A DNA stretch of 64,000 bases from Balanoglossus misakiensis (Eukaryota; Animalia; Hemichordata), in the NCBI GenBank assembly GCA_040954595.2, contig CM082584.2, positions 3,910,110 to 3,974,109 of the forward strand, in the 5' to 3' direction. Position numbers and translations under genes: made by a program. The notes beneath the pieces were generated by a model. That model worked only from the letters and a program-made list of their open reading frames with translations, searched no databases and was not told the DNA's origin. This document shows positions 38,601 through 50,600 of this stretch, in pieces; the stretch's first letter is position 1; every line of letters begins with the position of its first letter.

Positions 38601-41600
38601 GTTATATGACTAATACATCATATGTCATTGTTACTATTATTACTATTTATTTTTCATTTCCAAACCCTACATCTAATCAAGTACTTGTGTGTTTTAGAAT
38701 GATGTTTATTGCTTTGAATCCTTTGTCAGAAATATTTTGATTTCGTCATATAATTTTGGTAAAATCTGACACCATACTCTACAAATTTAAAGAGTAAGTA
38801 CCAAAACTCCCAAGTCACATGATTTGATGCTGCTTGTGTTGCAGCCTGAACATCCAAACCCTGGACAGCCATACAGTGGTGGTGAATTCATAGGAACCTT
38901 AGGGGAAGATGACGAGGGTCGTGAAGTGCTGCGACTGTTGAGGATTGCATTTGATCGCCGACTGACTTTCACCATCGATGGGAAATCAAACAAAGTAGAC
39001 TGGAATGGCATAACACATAAGCTGTAAGTTTGATTTCCATTATTGCTATTTCATCACACTGACACCCATTTAATATCAATTAACCAACAATACGTTACTT
39101 TTTTTGCGATGTGTATCAGAAATTTAAAGGGGTCTTCAATCATGTCAGCTCTTGTTTCCCTGTGTGGTTTTAATGGCGAACTGGGAGAAAAAAACATACA
39201 TTGTAGGTCATTGGAATAGTTATCAAAATTAAAACAACACCGTTCCGGTGCCAGGAAAAGAGACACGTAACGTGAAATACATTTCGAGATCTCTATATGG
39301 AATGATTTTATGGAAATGCATAGGAATCAAGCCCTGAAGGTCTAGGTCTCTGCTAGTGACAAAAGTGTACATACATAGATTATAGTAAAAAAAACTAAAA
39401 TCAAAGTATTTTGATCAGTTAGCCAACAAATCAATAGTACCACAAGTCAAAATAGCAACGGCAAAGAACAGACATGTATTGAAGCTCATTGAACATGTTT
39501 GAGCTCACCCGCTGATGGTGATAGTATCTGTGCAGGTAACCATCTTACTTAATTTACACATCTTTTGGTTTCATTGAACTACGCCTCTCGCACCTGAGTG
39601 TGTTCCTTGTAATGGGTACTAATGACGTCAATATTTAAGTTATCAATTCTTTCAAAATTTTTAGGGAATTGAAAATCAAAATCTACATATAGACACATTC
39701 TTATGTGACTCTCACTCAGACTTGCGCACGTACCTATAAAATTGTTGTAATGTTGATGAAGGGGATATCGACATGTTTTATTACAAACACATCCATTCGC
39801 AAGTAATTGTGTGACTGTTACAACGTTACACGCCATTGAAACTAGTAGTATTAGTCGGGTGTGCGATGTCGTTTTAAAATACACAGCTATAAGCATGTGT
39901 AATTCGAATGATCAACCTGCACTCCATTGATTGACACCTAATGGCCATTCCGGTTCCCCAAAATGGCTACAAATATTGCAGTGGCATAATTTATTCCAGT
40001 AAACGTTTATAAATCCAAGTTGCGTCCAACCCATCCCTCATTGAATATCTTCGATTCTGCATCTGTCCATCGCAATAAATTGATGCAGATAGAGAACATT
40101 AACGTTTCACACGTGACAATTAAGGCTTAACCAAATACCAATTGCTTCTAGTAAAACCTAAATGTACAGTTTTGAACGAAACCATGCAGCTTTCGTTCAT
40201 AGCACACTTTCAACTCATATCGAAGCCGTGGAAATCATACTAGTATATTCTTCTAAAATTGTTATACTTCATACTGGAACACAATTTTGAAATCCCTATA
40301 GCTACTATTATATAACTGTCATACGCATGTTAACATGTGTTATGTATACTATTCCACGTTCAACGGGATCATACAAAATAAACAGAATATGCCACTGTTG
40401 GACCAAATAAACGACAGAATTCAGATGTAACAGCTCTTGCACGTTATATCTGGTGATAGTCAGGAAATTGCGATGTTGTGCAAATTATTTGAACTCATAA
40501 GATATTTAGCAGCTTCATTTGCTCAAATCTTACATTTATGACACTCATACTGCACATTATTTGAAAGTTTTCAAACGGCATTGTTCTATTTCCAAATGGG
40601 CCGCTGCAAGGGAAAAGGGCCCTTATGCAAGTGTATGTCATTTTTAGTAATTTGCATTTGAATAGGTGACAAAAACAGTGAATTTTATTTGTGGGCTGAG
40701 GTCAAAGGTCATATGTCACATTCAATGGGCCACAAATGCCATTTCCAGGTGTAAGATCATAGTGAGCGGCACACATATGAAAAGAGGAGCACAGGTACTA
40801 TCAAAAAATGACAAAAAATAAAAATCGAAAAATCCATGCATAAGGGCCCTTTTCCCTTGCGGCGGCCCAAATGATAAACATATATAAGTCCTGAGTCTGG
40901 GTTAATAGTTAATGTTGTCGCATTGATGCCATCTGTAGAATGTGATTTCTTTTCTTTTATATCCTGTTGCTATAGGCAACGGTGAGATCTGATTTTTAAG
41001 CGGAGTGTTTTTTCTATCACGTCCCTTTTTACGTTCAACATAACACTGAGAAGAGCACCATTTATATTTGTTACAAAAACTTTGCTGTAGTGTATATTTG
41101 ACATTTCCATTTAATGTCATAATCTCTAATTGTTAGTCGTTGTTGAGAGTTACCAACTACAGATTTGTTTATTTATCCAGGTACTTTTACGATGATGCTG
41201 TCTGGCGATCTTATTATGCAGTAATGAAGAAAGAATTGGCTGCAAAAGGAGTGGTGTAAATGTCAAGACGCCCTCACAACGTGGTTGTAGCCACCACATG
41301 GAATGCATAATGAGAATGACCTCAAGTGAATGTCAAGTACTCCGTGACGAATAGTCATTCTCTCTCAAATTATTTGGAGTTTTAGAAATATTTTATTGTA
41401 TTATACAGAATAAGATTTGGTAAAGGAAAGCTAGTGAAGAATAGGATTTTGTCAAGAAAAATGTAGAAGATAAGGATTACTCTGTGTGTAGTCACGGTAT
41501 ATTTCAAGTACAGAATTATCGCTGATCTGGTTCAGTTCATTTGGGATAATTGCATAGTAATAAACTCTATAAAACTCTCATCACAGTACATGTAGCCTAC

Positions 41601-44600
41601 ACACTCGACATTTGGTCAGAAATATCACATTATCCCCAAGTACAACGAATACTAATTGTTTTTTACCATAAAAGAAGTTCATTTTTCTTATACTTAGCAC
41701 TCAAATCTAATTCTTGCATATATCCAAGTTATTTTACACAGTGAATGGGGTTTTAACACATTACTACACCGAATATAGATTTGAAAGCCATGTCAATTTT
41801 TGCACAAATAATTATGAAGATTTTTCAATTCCACCAACACGAATGATATCAATTTATCACATGATAATATGGTTTCTTGAATATAGTCTAACAAGAAACA
41901 TTTTATTTTCAATTATGTACATAAAATTTGTAACATGGGAAATAAATTACCAATAAAGACCAATACTCATGGCTTTGTTACATCTGTAAATCTAATAAAG
42001 CTATTGTCTCCAAAGTTTTTATCTCAGCCACACATCCTTACAAGAGGAAAAACTCAATTGCTCAGTGATTCGTTGTATACTTTTGAAGAAATAACAAAAG
42101 TTTTAATACATCTCTATTATGCATACACTTTTATTTTTCATCCCCTAATTTCCCACTCGTACTTCTGCATTTAGTTAACGTCGGATCCTATGTATCTTGC
42201 TAATAATCTGTTCTGAACCTCTAGGCTGACGTGTATCTAACTTTATATCAAGCTAGAAACAGAAGTGATATTCTGTTAAATAAAAACAAATGCATAATAA
42301 GGTATGGACGTTGGAGGCAGCAATCTATCCGATCATCCCCCTTTTTTCCCGTACATGTTTCCAAAACTCTATCCATATAAAATTTACCATCTACTAAGGT
42401 ACTTTTCTGTTCTTATTTTTTAGGAATAATGAATCAAACAAAATCAGACTTGGGCAAGAAAATGCTAAGGTAAACATGTAGTTGCAAATGTGAGAAAAAA
42501 GTTGTGAATGGTGAGAAGATTTTTGTATTATCCAAACTTGCAAACAAACATGAACCATGAAGTTTACAAGTTCCCCTGGACAGTCGCAAACAAAATTGTT
42601 TGACTGTATTTCTCCTGGCTAGAGCCCAGGTATATATGATATGTTAAAAAACTGTCATACAGTAGATTTGCTAAAATTGGACATTTTATTTACTGAGAAG
42701 TAAGGGATTGTGTTATACATACCTGATGTATAAGATGACAAGAAAATATTAAATGGAAAAAAAAATGTTGACAAACTTCAACATTTACCTACTTCTATTA
42801 TACTCATCAAATATTTATTTCAACTGTAAAAATCAGCTGGGGCTCTAAATAACAGGATATTGCCTCATAGATTATCCCTTTCACCACTATGGTCTGGTCC
42901 AAATCCATTGTTTTCTATGGGAAGGTTTGACCTCTATAGAGGGAACTGGGGGTGAAAGGGTAAATGCAAGTGCAGGGGCCTTTGCCTGCAGGAGCAAGGC
43001 CTCTACCAAGAGAAATACAGTAGATTAAGTCTGTTTGAACCATTATTACAATGGACAAGATATGTTTTGACCGGACAATTTTCAACACATCCTACGGGTA
43101 AAGATAGAGTTGGATAAATGACAATATTTACATACAAACATACATGGAATCCAAAGACCATTTATATCTTCATCAAGTTTTCAAAACCAAGAACCCCTTC
43201 CCATTTACTATAATGCTTTGTCCCAAATTATTTTTGATTTGCTCAGGATATGGTTCTTGAGACCTGTACAGGATATTGATCTCCTGAAGGAAAGACAAGC
43301 TGCAATCAGTTTTTTTGTCTCGCCAAGAAATATTGAAGTATGCTCATCTCTACAAGACGCTCTACGGAATATCAAGAATGTCGCTGTACGTACATTGTGT
43401 ATCTACTAAGTATATTAAAGTATTTTAGAATTTTGAATGACAATTTTTCAATTTCATTATAGTTCACGCCAATTTTGCCACAAGTAAATGTATAGACATA
43501 TTTTGTACTTATAACAAATATAACTTGTGAGTAGATGTTTTTTTTTCAAAAATACCATATATCCGCTATTAATTTTAGATAAATTCTCTTTGTATTTGGA
43601 TTTTCTTTGATAGTTTGCATTGTATGTGTTCGAGTGAAAGGTCCATCGTTTGAGGGCGCTCCCTATGTTAGCGCTCTTGAACGAATTGGATCCTGTGTGT
43701 GGAAGAACCAAATACATTAGTTTTATCAGAAACGTGTAGTACATGTATCTGTAGTATATCGCAAACATATGGATTATGTATTATTGTTCTTTTGTTTATT
43801 TATATTTCTAGAGAGTGTTGGGTCGGATGAAAACAGCTCAAGCCTCAATTGGTGACTGGCAAGCCTTATACCAGGTAATATACCAAGCTTATTCTATAGT
43901 TAGTCCATTAGCCAAAAGTTGATTTTACTGGAACTTACATGTTGCGAAGATCAGAAAAAGAAAGAGTGTAAAAGACTTCAGAATCAGATGTTACTGATCA
44001 AATAGCCATATCCAGGTATAACACACATTAAATTATCTATATATGAGTATGAGCTACCAAAAAATTATTGCGAAATTTGGATTTTGGTGTACAGAGAGGG
44101 GGGGGGGGGGGGCAGATAAACATTGGAATTCAGGGGCTACTTGGACCACACAGTGTTTGTCTACTGGTCAAGTAAACAGTGTTCCAATAATTCCCCTTGT
44201 GTAGTTGAGTTCAATCAAAAAGTATAAAACATCATTGAAATTACCAAACATGCACTTCACAAGATCCCTCAGCTGCTGTCTGATTCTTTTTTTTTGTTAA
44301 AGCACAATTAGCTGTATTAAAACTTTGTTTGTATAAGCCTATAATTTGCGCCACACCAATTCTCTCCAAGTTTCACTAAGTCCTTAAGTTAATATTTTCA
44401 CAATACTTAGTAAATAAATCTACAATAATTACACACTTTAAAGATAACTTAGATCATTGATATGAAAGAGATATCTTGTCTTTAAATTATTTATTGTGTG
44501 TTACTTGTAGACTGCCTACAATGCAATATACATTGGTGATATATGCAGAGCTCAGACTGCTGATGTGGCCATCTTTAAGAAGGTAAGGAAACTTTCATAA

Positions 44601-47600
44601 GCAATTTACATTTACTGTTTTGTATTGGTTTTAGAAATGTAACAAATGAGTCTGTTAATGTGTAAGAAAGAAGTTGAGACTTTCTAAAATAGTCAGTGTT
44701 TGCCAATGTCACCTGTGACTTTTTTTCCTGTACACCTATTTCTGTGTAAATTCCCAAATGGGACCACGCTATGTTTTTCTGTCTGATTGCTTTGAAATTT
44801 GGGTTACAGGTAAATAATACATATATGTGCAACTTTTATTTAATTGTAATATCATTTGCGTATTTAGCTAATTTGTAATTTTCTTTATTTTTGGTAAAAA
44901 AAGCACTGTTGATTCAATGGATGCAAAATGCAAACAATAGATATGCAATGCAGTGGGCCATCTGAAAGTCTTCTTTGCACCTGCACTACAATGGTTGAGA
45001 CCAGGTCATAGGCCAAGAATGCACTATTTTGAAGCCCTACAAATTCAGTTTTTTCCTGTGATTTTTATATGAAAATGGGTGACTTGTGGTTGGTGAAAAC
45101 AACTTCTATTGGCTAACCAACCTCCCAGGACAGATATATGCAGAAATCATGGTGACCCTTTCCTATTAAAATATTACACACTGCAATCTGAATGAATGGT
45201 AAGAAGTGACATCTTGGTTGCATGTAACTCCAGTTTGTGTTTCATTATGACAGGGACGTGGCTGTTTTCTTCATATGCTCTTTGCGCTAACACATTTATT
45301 CCAAACAGAGATGCTCTCATAGCTGCATGTCCTGACAATGTGATATTTACAGGTCTTGAAATTTTCTCCCTTTTTTGTTATTTTCGACAGATAAGCAGAA
45401 CATTCACTGAGGATTTACATTATATTGCCGGCCTGATTATCAAAATTGTAAGCCCTGGTTATTTTGTTTTAATGTCCTCCAGACAAACCCAGAATAGAGA
45501 CATAGATTATCATAAGGCCAAAATAAAAAATATGTGCTGTTCCGATTACCCGACCTACCCTAATTTTAACCAGCCTACCCTTAAGTTTTTAGAGCTTCGT
45601 AAACCAGAAGTAAAAATAATGATGTCAAATATACAAAATTTATGAAAATTGTGAGAATCACGAACTATGACGTCATTCTTCTACACTAACGCTGCCAGAG
45701 AAATAAAAAAAATGCAAAATGCAAAAAAATTCCCTACCTACCTACCCTTTTTTTAAAAACAATGTAATCGGAACAGCACATATTTTTGGGGGCCTAAAAT
45801 CAATAATAATTTCTGTCCATGTACACTTCTGTTTATCTGCAGCCATTGAATAGACATCAGTGAAAAATACAGGATAAGTACCGGGCAACAGCAATATAGT
45901 TTTCAAATATGAAACCTGTAATTGAGAATGACTTGATTTAATACATGGATATATTGGTGATGATCTAATGTCTTTACAATGGTAAAATGATCAAAATTTA
46001 TTTTTGTTAATTTATTTATTTGTAATATAGTAAGACACAGTATACATATTTTCATGACTATGGATGGGAATAATGCAATAAATTGATTTTTCAGTGATGA
46101 GAATTTCTGAAGTGAAGTCAAGATGTTATTTAGCTAAATACTTGAAGAGAAAAAAAATTCACTTGTTATTTCCAGGTGGATTTTGAAGAATCTGCTGTTC
46201 TGAACAAGTTTGTTGTGAAACCAAATGTAGACAAGGCTCTGGATGAGAGTGAGTTGACAATATTAGATACATGTTACTACTATTAAAGGGACAAAGTCTC
46301 TCTCTCACTGCCCTTTTTCCATTAATTATTTTTGATACAGGACAATGTTTATATTATTCTACATGTGGATATATAGTAAATCAAAATTCAACCACACACA
46401 GCTTCCATCGCGTTTGTAAGTAATGAGAGAAAAAATATCGCCAAAATGAATAAACGGTAGAGACCTATTATTCATTTTGGCGAGTTTTTCACTCTCTGGT
46501 CTACAAGTGGGAATTTGAAGTTGTGTGTGGTCGAACGTTGATTCACTTTATATCCACAATGTAGAATAACATAAACAGTGTCTTGTATCAAACAAAATTA
46601 TGGTAATGGAAAAAGCGTGAGATAGACTTTGACTCTTTAATAATATTACACACACTCTCTATCACATGCATACCGTATGTGACCACATGATTATATTGCA
46701 TGATAGAACGCCATAGGTTATATGCCAGTAGGTGTATAATAATATTTATTTATAATAATATTTATTGGCAATGACTGTATTCCAGAGAAGGAAACCTACA
46801 ATGGATTGCCAGATTTTATGACCAAGATTGCCAGAGAGGAGTTGAAGAAACTTGGTGGTGACATCAAGGAATGCAATGTGGTGTATTTACCTCAGCTGGG
46901 TTATCTACTGGCTATTCCAAGATCCTCAATTATGTCAGAGAAGCAAGACTTTCAAATGCCATCGCTTGAGTTTGTGGTCAGTCAACTTTGAGGGTCTTGA
47001 TTCTACCACAGTACTACTAGTCTAGCACCTAGCCATATTTTGTCCGCTTTGCTTCCAAAGCGGACAAAATACGGCTAGGTACTAGACTACCACAGTACAG
47101 GACATTGATAACATTATGATTTGATAATGATTTGTTGTTTTTGCTATTTAATTTTAAATGTTGCCACCAAGTCAATTAAAGGTATACAGTCACCCCCAAT
47201 TTACATACGCCCATATATGTCAGAAATGGCGTATTTGAGTGTTTTAAAGAACATTAGGTGGCGCTTTTTTTGTCGTGTGCGCCACCCACTGAAAATCTGT
47301 GATTGGCTAGATCTCAATTTGCCATGGTAACTGTAGCTATATTTCCATTGGTGACCGTATACCTTTAATGTTTGCAACTAACATTATAACAAATTTCATA
47401 CAAATTTACAAACCTGTTCTATCTGTTTGCTGGAATCTTTTTTTTTTCTAAACTCACTGTAATAGTTATTTATTGTTTCCTCACTTGCAACCAAAATATA
47501 GTTCTTCTCTTTCCATTATGCATTTTAGCCATTGTTTTGTTGCTAGCTGTATAAAGCACAGTATTGAACTATTTTTCCACTTAGACTTATTCTGAACATC

Positions 47601-50600
47601 TTTGCATGGCTCATATTTAGAGCATTTGACCTGCATAGGTATGGCACAGCTGGGCAGTTTGAACGCCCTTAAAATGCACCAAATCTCACGGTTTTGCACT
47701 GTTTTGATTGGCTAGTCATCTATATAGGCCCCACTGAGTTACACACGCTTTACAGGTGTGGGTGCTGGAAGTTTAATGCCCTGTCAAACCACTTACAGCA
47801 GATTTGGCAAAAAAGGGTTACGTTTATACCATAACCAAATGATATTATCCAAACAGTGATATTTTCCATGTTCACTTTGTAGTTCTTGTCAAATAATACG
47901 GTTCATTACAAGAGTGCCAGTACAAGAGGTGAGTAAATGTTTGACTGTTTCACACAGAGTTCATACATTCCTGGAAAATCTTTGAAAGTTCTTAAAATGT
48001 GAAACCTGGAAAATCTGTAAGAGTTAAAAAAAATCACTGCCTGGGAATTCCATCTATCGTGATGCCATAAACTGAAAACTGATATGTTTTAACCGGAATC
48101 AATGACTGGCATTTTCAATCTGTTGATCTAACAGGGAGTATGTCAATGACATTGACTTGTTATTGCGTTACTTACCAGTAACAGTTGGGGAGAAATAATG
48201 AAAAGCTGAGAAGTTTATATGGCTTGCCTGAGTGGTCACATGTTTGTGACATGTTTAAGTTCAAGCAACCTTTTGATAGTTCTATGAAGTTTTGTTTGGT
48301 TTTTGGCCAATCTTACAGCAATGGAGTTCTGTTCTACCTTATATTATTGCAAATAACCATAATAAACACCCTACTTTTCTCCATATGTGGGATTTTTTAA
48401 AAATTGTTAATACAGTGCTAATTTGTGTCTAGATTACATGATTATAGTTTTATTAATCTATTTTATTTTAAATTGTTTACTTTGAATATGATGTAAAATT
48501 GATTCACTGTATTTTATGTATTATTTATGCTTGATTTACATTGTGGTTGTTTTGTTTTGTTTTGTTTTGTTTTTGTTTTGTTTTGTTTTGTTCTTAACTG
48601 CCTCGCAAAGAGTTGCCTGAGGGGGGATGGTAAAGAATAATGTTATTGGTGTTTGGTGTAAACTTCAATCTTTAGAATTGGATGCAATACTGGGAGATAC
48701 TCAATGTGAAATAACAGGTAATATTATTTTACTTGAAACATTCTTATGTATTTTACTGTTGTTATATCCTTCTTAACAATAGCATAATGAAAAAAATGGA
48801 TTCAGATTATGATGAAAGCTACGGTGGCCCTCTCACGTCAATTTTAAAATTTTATTTTGAAAGTTAAACTTTCAAAATTATAGACAATATCTTCTCCCAA
48901 AAGTAAACTTTAGTTTTGGTGAAGGCAACTATAATTTTGACGCACACAATTTCAATTTCAGTGGAGTAAACTTTTTAATTTTGACAGTAAAACTTTAATT
49001 TTACTTTACACAACTCTTATTTTAGAGAACAAAAGTTTAATTTCCGAAAGCCAATTTTATTTTTTCCGAGAGTAAAATTTTAAGATTTTTTTCCAAAATA
49101 AACTTCTAACACTTGAGATAAAATTATCTACATAGAATTATTTTATTTTCGGAAAGAAATATTTTATTTTGTAAAACTTTTTTTAAGTAACATTACTTTT
49201 CGCTGGTGAAAATTTTATTTTACAGATGTAAATATATTTTTATCTAATTTCTAGTTACACAACTTATGGGGGCGCTCTTTCTATTGCTACTGACAAACTT
49301 TTTCATGGGGGCGCAATTCAGGTTTCGGCGGGCGAATTTCTTTTACATGCTTGACAAAATATATTTTCAGAAAGCAAAATATTTTTTTCTTCACGGCGGA
49401 AATGAAGCTATCCCTAGATCTTGTATTCGATTTGATCGACAGCGTCATTCAAAGGTCTACGATAAGTCGGCGAAATTGTCCCGATTTGTCTGCCCCGGCC
49501 GTAGTAGATACAATCTGTAAACATTGCACTGTGGATAGATAGCCATCTCATCTGTTTGTTGGATTTATGTACTCCTGTAACGTTCTCATGAACGGGAATT
49601 GTGGGATAGCTTCATTTCCGCCGCGAAGAAAAAAATATTTTGCTTTCTGAAAATATATTTTGTCATGCATGTAAAAGAAATTCGCACGCCGAAACCTGAA
49701 TTGCGCCCTCATAACAAAAGTTTGTCAGTAGCATTAGAAAGAGCGCCTCCATAAGTTGTGTTACTAGAAATCAGATTAAATTTACCCTTGTAAAATAAAA
49801 TTTTCACCCGGGAAAAATAATTTGTTACTTTAGAAAATATTTTTTTTCTTAAGCAATAAAAACATTTTGTTTTAAAAAGTTAAATAATTCCATCGAGTAC
49901 AGATAATTTTATCTCGAGTGTTTAAAGGTTATTTAAATTTAAATTAAAATTTAACTCCGCAAAATTAACATTTTCACCTTGGAAAAATAATTTGTTATTT
50001 TACAAACATTTCTTTTTGAGAAAAAAATCCACGTAGTATGAATAAGTTTATCTCATGTTGTTACTGTTTATTTTGGACAAAATAAATCTTTATCTTTATT
50101 AAAATATTATTCTTGGAAAAAATAAAATTTGCTTTTGAAAAATAAAATTTGGTTCTCTAAAATAAAATTTGTGATAGGTAAAATTAAAGTTTTACTGTCA
50201 AAATAAAAAAGTTTTGTCTATCAAAATTAGCTGCCGCCACCAAAATTAAAGTTTACTTTTTGGGAAAAGATATTGTCTATCAAAAATTAAAGTTTAACTT
50301 TAAAAATAATATTTTAAAATTGACGTGAGAGGGCCACCGTAGAAAGCTTGGTTCTCCATTAATTTTTTCAAAAATATCAAGTAAATAAACAAACAAACAA
50401 ACAAACAATTATTTGTTTGTTTATTATGCCAATCAATAATAACAAACAAACAAACACAGGAGCGCCCCCTGTGCTGAAACATGAACACAGATAATATTTT
50501 GATAATCAAGATACCTAGTCTGATTTGTATTTAATTTAATTGAATTGTATTGTATTGTATTGTATTGTATTGTATTGTATTGTATTGTATTGTATTGTAT

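Noticed and set aside
33278-41259. In-frame MSH5(N-terminus)-TRIM/DTC fusion
   Set aside because: The phase-1 donor spliced to acceptors at 35623, 38845 or 41181 meets a stop within 2-15 codons.
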